From positions 1 to 53,221 of IMG/VR virus record IMGVR_UViG_3300011422_000008: 53,221 bases of DNA; one strand, given 5' to 3'. A program made the translations under genes and the position numbers. Positions 15,933 to 24,661 of the stretch are shown here, piece by piece. Position 1 is the stretch's first letter. The number at the start of each line of letters is the position of its first letter. This DNA comes from a virus (Duplodnaviria; Caudoviricetes). Below the pieces are notes generated by a model, which saw only the letters and a program-made list of their open reading frames with translations, was not told where the DNA came from and searched no databases.

Positions 15933-16639
15933 GACCAGTTCAGCTCAATGGTTTTGTCGTGGATCCGCCGGTACAAAGGTTCCTGGTACTCCTGGGAGAA
16001 GCTTTTCTTTGCCTCTTCGAGCGGAGCGTTGGCTGTGAACATCGTTGGCCGGCACATCCGGGCCCGCCCGTCGACCAGGGCGAAGAAAGCCTCCTCAGCC
16101 GCGGGAGTCTGCCGGCCTTTCCCCAGGTCATCGATAAACAGGATGTCCAGCCGGAGGAGAGCATTAATGAACTTCGGAAGGTTCCCTTCCCCGCTGGCAA
16201 GCGTGGTCATGTGCGTTCGAAGGTCCACATGGGCCCAGGCGCCGATACTTCGACCAGCTTGGAATTCATGCTCCAGCCGTTTGAACATGAACCGGGTTTT
16301 GCACTGGCCCGAGGGCGACCAGAGGTAAACCCCTTTCTCCCCATAGTTCCACGCCATGATCGTATCCAAATTATTGAACCGGCATCCCGGCTGTCTCCCA
16401 TTCAACTCCTTCCTGAACTCCGGAGGGCAGATACCTTCCCAGGTCTTTAATCTCTCGAGCTGAACGCTCAGCAGCCGGTTAGACTGCTTCTTGCCGGCTA
16501 CAAATTCGGCGCAACGATCATGAACCATCCCCGCAGCCGCCGCGCGGAGGAGAATCGCATCCAAATCCGGATCCAGCTCCGGAAGGGTAATCACAACTGG
16601 CCGCTGGCAAATCTTGCAGGGTACTTCGACTGTTTTCAT
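15929..16639 (-). CDS. DnaC/IstB-like AAA+ helicase loader
   Basis: Walker A-like SPSGQCKT, Walker B LFIDDLGK, PTMFTAN, YRR; directly downstream of the initiator. Confidence 0.85.
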   Translation of the reverse strand: MKTVEVPCKICQRPVVITLPELDPDLDAILLRAAAAGMVHDRCAEFVAGKKQSNRLLSVQLERLKTWEGICPPEFRKELNGRQPGCRFNNLDTIMAWNYGEKGVYLWSPSGQCKTRFMFKRLEHEFQAGRSIGAWAHVDLRTHMTTLASGEGNLPKFINALLRLDILFIDDLGKGRQTPAAEEAFFALVDGRARMCRPTMFTANAPLEEAKKSFSQEYQEPLYRRIHDKTIELNWS

Positions 16640-17583
16640 AGTTCCCCCTCTCGCTTCATCGGCACGTCCCAATTCCCATCCTCCGGAGGTAACGGCTCCT
16701 CGACACCATCATGCGGATCCGCGCCTCGAGCTTTGCAGCCGGCGACCCATATATTCCAGTTCGCCAGGGCCTCCCGGTAGGTCAGCAACGGGACGCCAGG
16801 GAGCTTGTAGCTTATCTGCCCGGTTGGCTTCTGGCTGTAAATGGAGGTTGCCAGTCCCGAGGAGGGCGCCGGATAGACGGAGCGGAGCTTCTCCAGGTTG
16901 GCAAACATCGTTTGAAGGTTCGATGCTCGACCGCGGCTTGGAGGGAAAGTGTCCGCCGCGCAACACTGCGCGATCCTGATGACCTCGGAGGCTTCGATGG
17001 AGTGAAGGAGGGCATCCGCTGCCTGGAGCTCTTTTTGGACTTCCTTCAGCGTGCGTTTCTTTTTGTAGGTTGGAAATGCCTGCTCGAAATCGCGTACCAG
17101 GACTATGGCTTTGTCCCGCTTTTGGGGTTGGATGGGATCATCCGCAGTATTCTTCTTAGTATGTCCCTGTTCATCTATTGTACTTGTATTAGTGAGGGTA
17201 CGGTTTTCGTACCGTGGTAGACCCGCTGGCGGGCATGACGACGGTACGGAATCCGTACCTGCGGTAATGCCGGTTTCCGACAATTTGGAGGCGAGTAATT
17301 CGAGGTTCAGCCAGTAGTAACTTTTCGGCGGCATTCCCTTTCTTTCGCTCGGTAAAAGGCCCTTGCAGAGCTCTCGGGCCATATCCAATTCATGACGGGT
17401 TAGACCTGTTTCAATTTGCCAGCTTTCGTATGTTTTATGCCATTTGTTGCCGACCCCTGCCTTCTCCTGATGGTACAAAGCCTGGGATAACAACAGAGCA
17501 GCCTTAATGGAACCGGTGATTTCCACAAAAACAGGGCGGAACGCGATTACCCTGAAATTTCTGAGCAGCATGGCAGGGGTCAT
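16636..17583 (-). CDS. Phage replication initiator (wHTH)
   Basis: IAFRPVF...AALLLSQALY..W.KT..WQIETGLTRHE N-terminus; paired with DnaC-like gene. Confidence 0.75.
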   Translation of the reverse strand: MTPAMLLRNFRVIAFRPVFVEITGSIKAALLLSQALYHQEKAGVGNKWHKTYESWQIETGLTRHELDMARELCKGLLPSERKGMPPKSYYWLNLELLASKLSETGITAGTDSVPSSCPPAGLPRYENRTLTNTSTIDEQGHTKKNTADDPIQPQKRDKAIVLVRDFEQAFPTYKKKRTLKEVQKELQAADALLHSIEASEVIRIAQCCAADTFPPSRGRASNLQTMFANLEKLRSVYPAPSSGLATSIYSQKPTGQISYKLPGVPLLTYREALANWNIWVAGCKARGADPHDGVEEPLPPEDGNWDVPMKREGEL

Positions 17584-17726
17584 GAATCTCTCCGGTAGGT
17601 GAACCGAAACTCCAGGATGGCATCTTTAACTCTAAGAATTTTCACTGCATCTTTAGAGGCCAGCGAGTTAAGTAGAATTATCTTTGGGCTGCGCGGTAGA
17701 AGTGTAGCGGTGTGTTTAACGCTCAT
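17580..17726 (-). CDS. Small hypothetical protein (48 aa)
   Basis: ORF whose stop overlaps the initiator ATG (ATGA). Confidence 0.35.
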   Translation of the reverse strand: MSVKHTATLLPRSPKIILLNSLASKDAVKILRVKDAILEFRFTYRRDS

Positions 17727-17738
17727 AGAAAGTGGAAT

Positions 17739-17791
17739 GACGCACCCTCCCCGCGGGAAGGGTTTCGGTTTTCCTTTAGAAAGGGTGCGTC
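17739..17791. promoter_or_regulatory. Intergenic hairpin
   Basis: Perfect 10-bp stem GACGCACCCT/AGGGTGCGTC. Confidence 0.6.
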
Positions 17792-17807
17792 TGGGGTTGT
17801 GGGGAGG

Positions 17808-19679
17808 TTAGAGGGAAACTATCCGGAACCCCTGGCGGGTGCTCAATGCTGAGTACGCCTTGGGATCGACGTCGACCAGGATCGACTGGTCGATGATTTT
17901 GGACTCGACCAGGGAGAGCATCCGGAGCGCTACATCCAGCTTCCGCTTGCCGTCCAACCGGCCTAGTTCATCCAGGATTACGAGTTTTGTCGGCGCCTCG
18001 TGACTGAGCGCGACCCCGAAGCCGGCCAGAGCCAAAAGCTCCTCCGTTCCGCTGAAGGCATCGAATGAAATCCAGGAGCCGATCGGCGCCTGACACCCCA
18101 TTTGAACATCCTGATTACTCACACGCCGGCCTAAACCCCCGTCGACAAACTCAAGTGGGCTATTCAGAAGCGCATCCGTGAAGTGGCGCGCGGTCTTGAG
18201 GACCGTCCCGAAGGCTTTATTCACAAGTTTCTCTTGTTCCTCCTGGACGATCTTGATTACGGCCTTGTAGGTCTCCGCGCGACACTGGGCGAGGAGCATT
18301 TGCTGTTCGAGGGATTCTTTCCGACCGCGATCCTTTTGCCAAAGCTCGAAGCTGGTTTGCTTGGCCTCCAGTTCCGCGATCGTGGTTTTGAGGGCGGCGA
18401 TCTTGATGGAGTTTGCGCCGGCAACCTTATCCCTCGCGGCTAGCTTCTCATCGACCTGGGCGATCAATTGCAACAGCCCGTTGAGCTGATTGATCAGCCC
18501 GCTCAACCTGATTACATCGGTGAAGGCCTTGCTCCAAGCCTGGAGCTTCTTCAGTTCCAGATCCTTTACTCGATACGATTCCTCGAGGAGCTCGCGCTCC
18601 TGCACCAGGGAGGCAGCTTTGGCGAGCAGCTTATCCATGGTTGGCTTCTTCCAGTTGGCTCGCTTGGCTCCGCATGTTGGGCAACAGTCGGATTTCTCGA
18701 GCTCCGCGATCCGTCCCTGGAGATCCTCCGCTGTCGTGAAAATCTCTTTGAGCCGATCGTTTGTCCCGTCCAGAGCCGCTACCAGCTCATCGATTTTGTC
18801 CATGGCCTCAGCATAGTCATCGTTCGACTGGCTCGATTCGCCCAGGATGTCCCTGGCCTTTTGCAGGTCGACGGCGTATTGCTCCGCGGTCTGGAACGAC
18901 TTCAACCGGTTCGCGAGCATGTCCCGTTGTCCTTGCAGTCCCTCGATGGGACCTCCAAGCTCGACCTCCAGCCCGGTTAGCTGAGTCCGGGCCGCGGCGA
19001 GCTCCTGGCTGACATCCTTCTGGAATATCGGTGCTCCGTCCCCGCGGAAAGCAGCGAAGGCGCCTTGCGCTACTTTGGCTTCATCGCTTGCCGTTTTTTG
19101 GCGCACCTTCAGTCCGTCCAGGAGGAGAGCAATCCAGCTCGGAACCGTCACAACCTTGTTATTGTCCATCCACTCATTCACGATGCCAAGGATCCGCTCG
19201 CACTCTGTCAGGGGAGAAGCCTGGACCTCGGAGAGCCGGTTTTTGATGATGCTCGGAGAGAAGGTCTCCGGTTTGATGTCGCATGCCTGGAACACGGTTT
19301 GAATCTGTTCGGCGCCAGTCTTGGCAAAGAACAGTTTCGGTTCCATGAGGAGTTGAGGCATGGCGATGTCCGGGGAGGCGTTGCCGACCACCGAGACCTT
19401 GCCCGCGGCATCACGCTTCCATTGCCAGACGATTTTACGCCCATTCTCGAGTACGAGGTTGATCCCCATCGTGCCGGCCTGGGTTGGGTTCCCTGCCAGG
19501 GCATAGATACCACGCACCCCGAGGGGAGGAGGCAGGTAGCCGGTGAGGGCGAGTCGAACGGCCATCGGAATAGCCGTCTTATGATTGAAGTTGGCTCCCG
19601 TCACGAGCGTAACGGGCGCCAGCTCAATGTCCGCACTGTGGCCCTTAAAGTTCCGATAGGCCAAGTGTGTGATTCTCAT
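17808..19679 (-). CDS. Rad50/SbcC-like ABC ATPase
   Basis: NFKGH, GANFNHKT, coiled coils, CPTCG zinc hook, FSGTE signature and ILDELGRLD. Confidence 0.85.
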   Translation of the reverse strand: MRITHLAYRNFKGHSADIELAPVTLVTGANFNHKTAIPMAVRLALTGYLPPPLGVRGIYALAGNPTQAGTMGINLVLENGRKIVWQWKRDAAGKVSVVGNASPDIAMPQLLMEPKLFFAKTGAEQIQTVFQACDIKPETFSPSIIKNRLSEVQASPLTECERILGIVNEWMDNNKVVTVPSWIALLLDGLKVRQKTASDEAKVAQGAFAAFRGDGAPIFQKDVSQELAAARTQLTGLEVELGGPIEGLQGQRDMLANRLKSFQTAEQYAVDLQKARDILGESSQSNDDYAEAMDKIDELVAALDGTNDRLKEIFTTAEDLQGRIAELEKSDCCPTCGAKRANWKKPTMDKLLAKAASLVQERELLEESYRVKDLELKKLQAWSKAFTDVIRLSGLINQLNGLLQLIAQVDEKLAARDKVAGANSIKIAALKTTIAELEAKQTSFELWQKDRGRKESLEQQMLLAQCRAETYKAVIKIVQEEQEKLVNKAFGTVLKTARHFTDALLNSPLEFVDGGLGRRVSNQDVQMGCQAPIGSWISFDAFSGTEELLALAGFGVALSHEAPTKLVILDELGRLDGKRKLDVALRMLSLVESKIIDQSILVDVDPKAYSALSTRQGFRIVSL

Positions 19680-20191
19680 TCATCAAAAGGGTTTTTGTCC
19701 CCAGGTTGGATGTTAGTCGCTTTCGGCTGTGGGATCGGAGGTTTGGGAGTTGGCCGGAAGGGCGGGTTCATCGGTTGCCGCTGAGGGCGCTGTTGCTGCA
19801 TGGGCCGCTGTTGCTGCCGCGGGGCGAAGCCATGGGGGCCAGGAGGCTGGCGGGTTTGGGAGCTGATTTCCGCGGCTCGCACGCGAATTCCGCCGCATGA
19901 TTTGCCGCGATACATGATCGTTGGGTCATTGAAGATTTCGACCTTCACCCGATGCGCCACCCAATCGGTAGTATCCTCGAGCCCGGTGCTCGCGGCGATG
20001 AGTTGGGCATTTGTGGTGTTGAGCACCATCGGCTTTTCGACCTCCTCAAACCAGATGACGCATTTCTCTTCTGGCGGCTGGTCGTCGGGCGCGACGTTCT
20101 CGACCGTCTCTCCGCAGATCGTTAATATGATCCCCTGGCCGCAGTCCTCTTTCTTGAGGAAACGGCTCTCTTTGAGCTGTGATATGTGCAT
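19676..20191 (-). CDS. Conserved phage recombination/ssDNA-binding-type protein
   Basis: SRFLKKED...KPMVLNTTNA...GGIRVR with Q/P-rich tail ending PFDE. Confidence 0.55.
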   Translation of the reverse strand: MHISQLKESRFLKKEDCGQGIILTICGETVENVAPDDQPPEEKCVIWFEEVEKPMVLNTTNAQLIAASTGLEDTTDWVAHRVKVEIFNDPTIMYRGKSCGGIRVRAAEISSQTRQPPGPHGFAPRQQQRPMQQQRPQRQPMNPPFRPTPKPPIPQPKATNIQPGDKNPFDE

Positions 20192-20256
20192 GACTGTTCC
20201 TGTTCTTGTTTCTGTTCTTGGTGTGTCTGGATCCCTCAGCCGGCTAGGCGACGGGC

Positions 20257-20964
20257 CTAAGCCACTTCCGAAGCTTGCGGAAGGTGTTTACTGAGGAAAT
20301 TCTTTGCTGCCGCGACGGCCTCGGCGGATTTCCCGCCTGGGTCGATGCTGATCGTGATCCCCATCTTCTCGCCGGCAAGCTTACCCGCGGCATCGAGCTG
20401 GCGCTCATAATAGAGCTGGCTTACGCGCATGAAACTGGCCTGCTTGGGCGCCGGAGCCTCATGGGCCGGGGCGCTGGCGATTGTCGGAGCTGGCGCTTGC
20501 GTCTGTGCTGCTGGCGCCTGGACTGGCGCGCGGGCAACTGTTGGCGCCGGCTTCGAGACCTGGGCCGGTGCTTGCGTGCCCATGAAAGCTTGGAACTCGT
20601 CATCCGTCATTACCGTTGCGCTCCGCGCTACCATCAGAAATTTAATCATTTGAACCTCGCCTTCTACCATCGCTTCCTCCTCGGCTACCCTCAGCCCGGT
20701 TGTGGTCCCGTTATCCTTCCGGTGCGCGACGAACCAGATCGGCGCCTGCTCATCTACCAGGGAGGGACTTATCGCATCATGATTGCCGATCTTCACGTCG
20801 ATCACGCCGGTATCATCCTCGATACCGAGCGACTGAACCGAAATGGTTCCGTGTTCATTCACGGTTGGCTTGTAATCACCAACCATGCGGACTATGCCGC
20901 CAACCGCATCGATCGGGGACATTGGAGCAAGGGCGAGGACCTGAGCAATTTTGAGTGTATTCAT
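20257..20964 (-). CDS. OB-fold (RPA-like) single-stranded DNA-binding protein
   Basis: VGGIVRMV...VQSLGIEDDTGVIDVKI OB-fold signature; Ala/Pro linker. Confidence 0.6.
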   Translation of the reverse strand: MNTLKIAQVLALAPMSPIDAVGGIVRMVGDYKPTVNEHGTISVQSLGIEDDTGVIDVKIGNHDAISPSLVDEQAPIWFVAHRKDNGTTTGLRVAEEEAMVEGEVQMIKFLMVARSATVMTDDEFQAFMGTQAPAQVSKPAPTVARAPVQAPAAQTQAPAPTIASAPAHEAPAPKQASFMRVSQLYYERQLDAAGKLAGEKMGITISIDPGGKSAEAVAAAKNFLSKHLPQASEVA

Positions 20965-20976
20965 AGGTTTTAAGTT

Positions 20977-21039
20977 GCCCTGGCGCACTCGTTGCGATGC
21001 GGATTCAGGCAGGCGAATCCACACGAGGCACGCCAGGGC
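20977..21039 (-). promoter_or_regulatory. Long hairpin in the 5' leader of the replication operon
   Basis: Nested pairs GCCCTGGCG/CGCCAGGGC, CTCG/CGAG and GGATTC/GAATCC. Confidence 0.6.
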
Positions 21040-21049
21040 TCTTGAGCAA

Positions 21050-21080
21050 AGAGTAAAACGCTGGCGCTGTGTCCTGTCAA
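21050..21080 (-). promoter_or_regulatory. Putative sigma70 promoter
   Basis: Perfect TTGACA; weak -10 (TTTACT at 17 nt or TACTCT at 19 nt). Confidence 0.45.
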
Positions 21081-21098
21081 TCCGTATTGTGTACGGAA

Positions 21099-21416
21099 AT
21101 GAATGTTTTTGTCGATACGGCATGGCAGAGCTCCGGCGACCGCGCGGCCATCAAGCGGCGAGGAGGCTCCATCTTCTGCCGGATGTGGAGCGAGGATCTG
21201 CCGGCCTTGCATACGCTGGCGCGCCGGTTGCACCTGGATCCGGCCTTGTACGTTGGCACTCCAGGCTTCGAGCATTACGAGCTCTCGATCGAGAATCGCC
21301 GGCTGGCCCTGGCGTTCGGCGCCGAAGAGCGGTCCACAAAGGACTGGACCAGTACGCGAAAACCCCTGGCCAAGTCGAAACCTGTGCCGGGGGCGGATGA
21401 GGAGGAGCGCTACTAG
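21099..21416 (+). CDS. DUF4031-like protein
   Basis: VFVD...CRMWSEDLPALHTLARRL...HYELS..RRLALAFGA. Confidence 0.75.
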   Translation: MNVFVDTAWQSSGDRAAIKRRGGSIFCRMWSEDLPALHTLARRLHLDPALYVGTPGFEHYELSIENRRLALAFGAEERSTKDWTSTRKPLAKSKPVPGADEEERY

Positions 21417-21562
21417 GTTTTATTGCGCTTCCTGTGTCGTCGTTTCGCGCACTTGGGACAATTGATTCTGGCAGATGACGCCGAATAGTTCCCCTCCGCA
21501 AGTCCACAGAGAGTCTTATTCTGGGCGGCGTTCAATGCATGGATTACAGGTGTTTCTTTCAT
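21413..21562 (-). CDS. Small zinc-binding protein
   Basis: H...TLCG...INCPKC. Confidence 0.55.
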   Translation of the reverse strand: MKETPVIHALNAAQNKTLCGLAEGNYSASSARINCPKCAKRRHRKRNKT

Positions 21563-21738
21563 TAGCGATCCTTCGGTTTTCTGAGGAGCTTGAGCCGCTC
21601 CGCTTCGCGCTGCCAGTTGTCCGCGGTTGCCTTGTGGCCCAGGCCGCGGAAGGCCTTGGCCAAGGTCCGCGCGGCTTGTTCCTGGTCCCAGACCCAAAGG
21701 TCCCAGGTGTCAGCGCTGTTTATGTCCTGGCGCCTCAT
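21562..21738 (-). CDS. Hypothetical protein (58 aa)
   Basis: MRRQDINSADTWDLWVW... fills the gap and overlaps both neighbours. Confidence 0.45.
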   Translation of the reverse strand: MRRQDINSADTWDLWVWDQEQAARTLAKAFRGLGHKATADNWQREAERLKLLRKPKDR

Positions 21739-21905
21739 TGGTTGCGGGATGGGGTGTCTGAGCTCATGTGCTTGATAAAGGCCTCAGCAGCTTCCTTGGA
21801 TTCAAACCGGGCAAGCACCGTCCAGCCAGTTCGATAGTTACGGCTGCGGGGTTGTTTTACCTCCCATGCCTTCCTGGCAGAATGGTAGCTGATTCTAGTT
21901 TTCAT
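21735..21905 (-). CDS. Hypothetical protein
   Basis: WEVK...ARFESKEAAEAF pattern; GAGG RBS. Confidence 0.5.
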   Translation of the reverse strand: MKTRISYHSARKAWEVKQPRSRNYRTGWTVLARFESKEAAEAFIKHMSSDTPSRNQ

Positions 21906-22029
21906 GCCTCGTTCAGCTCCGAGAATTCGCATTCGGTGATAAATTCATGGTTTTTGGGCCTGGGCATGGATCCCAAGAATGGGGAAACCGAAGCACAAGC
22001 CAGCATTCTTTTTTAGGTTTTTTCATGGT

Positions 22030-22776
22030 TCAATCCCACCAGAGCCTCCAAGTTAGGTGCTTTCCGCCCAGGCAATCAGTTGTGACGGGCTGCAAGTGGT
22101 TTTCGTCCGCCATCAGGCACATGCCCAGGTAATCGCAGATATTATCAAACTCTTCCGGGGTCATGGCCTCAACCTCCATCGGTTGCATGGACTCGATCCG
22201 CATGCCGCCGCGGAACTCAATATAGACCGCATGCGATCCTTCCGCGGCGAGGTGGTACTCGAAAAGATCCGCGCCGTTGTTGGGGTTGCACCGGTTGTAG
22301 TAGGCCCGCGGGTTGAACTCCAGGAACTTTTCAATTGCTTCTCTGGGGTCAAAGTTATTGTAGCCCTGCATGAGGGTGAAGCATTGGATCAGGTCCGCGC
22401 AGTCCTCACACTTGACGTACCAGTCCAGATTCCCATGTTTGGCCATGAGCTGAGCCGCGGTATGGATCCCAGTCCCCGGGATGAGCTCGGGCCGGAGCTT
22501 CCACCTGGGATGATTGCGGTCCGCAAAGAAGGCGCCTAGCGTGGCGTGTATCTGCTCGCAAGTCGGATCAAAGACCCCCTTCTGCATCTGCTCTTCGACC
22601 GCCGCGGGCAAGCCTGGGCGTTTGTAAGCGTGCATATGAATTGCCACCCATCGAACGGCCTCCAGGAATTCCGGGCCGGCTACGGTCATCAGGTGCGGTT
22701 CGTCGCGGATCAGGGGATTAATCCCGCCATTGCATCTCCATCCGCCCAACAGATTCGGCATCGTTTGTATTTTCAT
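22030..22776 (-). CDS. Hypothetical protein (248 aa)
   Basis: Long ORF coupled to the upstream stop; ends WRLWWD. Confidence 0.7.
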   Translation of the reverse strand: MKIQTMPNLLGGWRCNGGINPLIRDEPHLMTVAGPEFLEAVRWVAIHMHAYKRPGLPAAVEEQMQKGVFDPTCEQIHATLGAFFADRNHPRWKLRPELIPGTGIHTAAQLMAKHGNLDWYVKCEDCADLIQCFTLMQGYNNFDPREAIEKFLEFNPRAYYNRCNPNNGADLFEYHLAAEGSHAVYIEFRGGMRIESMQPMEVEAMTPEEFDNICDYLGMCLMADENHLQPVTTDCLGGKHLTWRLWWD

Positions 22777-22949
22777 AGTCCTGGATCCGCGTCAGAGGTT
22801 ACGGTGAAGCCATCGAACGCCCCGCTATAATCGGGCTCGGGCTCGTAGTCTGGCTGGTTCAGCCGGCAGCGCTCGCGCGTTTCCGCGGTCAGAGCGCTTT
22901 CAGGGTACGCATGGGGATCCGTGCCCTGTTTCTGGTTTTTGTCTTTCAT
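22773..22949 (-). CDS. Small acidic hypothetical protein
   Basis: AAAGGAAAG RBS; ends SDADPGL. Confidence 0.55.
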   Translation of the reverse strand: MKDKNQKQGTDPHAYPESALTAETRERCRLNQPDYEPEPDYSGAFDGFTVTSDADPGL

Positions 22950-23026
22950 CGGTTCTTTCCTTTGTGTGTTCGGAGCTTGATTGCCCCTTGCTGGCGCCTC
23001 GGGAATGTCCTGGCGCCAGACAGGGA

Positions 23027-23248
23027 CTAACTCAGCTCGCTTTCCTCGCATGCCTCGTACGCATCCGGATTCAGCGGCTCGGGCGGCAGTCCTTTGGATA
23101 TTCGGTGAATCTGATTCCACCGGGCGAAACAGGAGCGGCAAAGCGGCTCTTTAATCCCGTTCACTCTGAGGGAGGGAACCTTTGCCGGGTTGTATCTGAT
23201 AACGGCTCCGCATCCGCAGCATGAGCTTATTGCGATCGCGTATCCCAT
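23027..23248 (-). CDS. Zinc-finger protein
   Basis: CCGCG..FNP-like YNPAKVPS...EPLCRSC. Confidence 0.55.
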   Translation of the reverse strand: MGYAIAISSCCGCGAVIRYNPAKVPSLRVNGIKEPLCRSCFARWNQIHRISKGLPPEPLNPDAYEACEESELS

Positions 23249-23378
23249 TAACCTCCGTCTCCACGTTCCCATGCGAGGTCGCCACCACTAACGTTTTCCC
23301 ACTGCTCTTTGACGGCTTCGGAGGATCCTCCATCGGAATCCGCACCACAAGTTCACCGTTCTCAATCTTCGCTGTCAT
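23151..23378 (-). CDS. Small hypothetical protein
   Basis: PSKSSGKTLVVATSHGN motif; strong RBS; 3' end overlaps the next gene. Confidence 0.55.
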   Translation of the reverse strand: MTAKIENGELVVRIPMEDPPKPSKSSGKTLVVATSHGNVETEVNGIRDRNKLMLRMRSRYQIQPGKGSLPQSERD

Positions 23379-23462
23379 TTGTCTGTCTTTCCTTTGTTCG
23401 CGTACAGATCAAGCGCTCAGCCGTTCCGACCTCGCTTGTAACTCAACCCGCATCGCACCCCC

Positions 23463-23492
23463 ATCCTACTCCCTCCATACTCCGACAGTCAA
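23463..23492 (-). promoter_or_regulatory. Putative sigma70 early promoter
   Basis: TTGACT-N18-TAGGAT upstream of the - strand small-gene cluster. Confidence 0.55.
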
Positions 23493-23543
23493 CGGATTTC
23501 TTTTGCCCTTGCCCTTGCCCCTTCCCCTCCCCATCCTCCAACC

Positions 23544-23972
23544 GTGCCTCTCATCACGAAGGAAAACCGCGCTTGGTTCCGCGCCAAAGCCGAGGAGGCC
23601 AAAGCCCGCCTCAAAATCGAGCGCGTGAAACAAGCCGCCCAGGTCCAAGACTTCATCGGCTCCTGCCCCGCTTCCTGGTTGTCTGCCCTGGATCGGCAGC
23701 AAGTGATGCTTCAGTCCATGCTGGAGCGTGAGCTCTCGGGCCAAGGACCTCCCAACGGTCGCGCTGGTCGCATCCATGAGTTGCTCCAGTGCCAGACTCT
23801 CCTCATCGTGCAGCGGCAGAAGTTGACGGGGCAGGCGCCGGCCTCGCCGGCTCCGTCGACGGCCAAGCGTTCCGCCCAGGTTCGGCCCCTCGGTGCATCG
23901 GCGCCGGCTCCTGCAGTTGGCGCGCGACTCGAAGCGGATCCGCCTCCTCAGCCCGTCCCGGATCTGGACTGA
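23544..23972 (+). CDS. Helical hypothetical protein (possible small terminase)
   Basis: Isolated + gene next to the non-coding G-run region; function is inference. Confidence 0.45.
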   Translation: MPLITKENRAWFRAKAEEAKARLKIERVKQAAQVQDFIGSCPASWLSALDRQQVMLQSMLERELSGQGPPNGRAGRIHELLQCQTLLIVQRQKLTGQAPASPAPSTAKRSAQVRPLGASAPAPAVGARLEADPPPQPVPDLD

Positions 23973-24661
23973 GCTCTTCCTGGTCGTCGACCTGGGCGGG
24001 CATTGGCGCCTCGCCTTGCCTTGCCCTGGCGCGCGCCGTGCCTTCTCCCTTGTCATCCTGCCTCCCGTCGACCCGGCTTCACCTGGGCCAAGCCAGAGCC
24101 CTGCATAGCCAGAGCCCTGCACCCATCCTGCCTTTGTCTCTTGCCCTGGCCATGGCCCTGCACCTGGGCTACTCCCTGCCTTTGCCCTGGTCGTCATCAC
24201 CTCCCCGACCACGAGCCCGACCCCGGCCATGGGCAGGCGCCGACAAGGAATCTCTTTCAGCCTGGGCAGGGGGGGGGCGGTGGCCGGGGGCGGGGGGCGA
24301 GCCGCGCCGTGCGCGGTATCATCTCAGCCCCGCTGTACCCTCAGTCCTGGAGACAGAGCAGCGCAAAAACTGGGGCATGGAAAAAGTTGGGGCCCATAAA
24401 AAAGGCATGGGAAAATCCAGGGAAAAGGGCAGGAATTGGGGAGGAGAGGGTAGAGAAAGGGCATGCTAGAAAAAGCTTGGGCTCTCAAAAATCCTGGGGG
24501 AAAAGTGCAAGTTTTGGTGGATGTCCGCTTTTGGGTGGAAGTAAAAGGCCCGGAGCTGTCTAGCGCAGCCCCGGGTTTGGTCAGGAAGGAACCCTACAAT
24601 TCACGAACCGGGGGGAAGGTAATGGGGGGATGGGAAGGGGTCAAAGAGAAAAGCCCGGGGT
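23973..24661. other. Non-coding region with skew switch, G-runs and short repeats (candidate terminus/packaging site or origin)
   Basis: C/T-rich left half, GCCAGAGCCCTGCA x2, G9 and G-tracts at ~24264-24298, A/G-tract right half. Confidence 0.5.

Noticed and set aside
23466-24563. ORFs across the G/C-rich intergenic region (23466-24230, 23789-24469, 24003-24563)
   Set aside because: Low-complexity translations produced by compositional skew.
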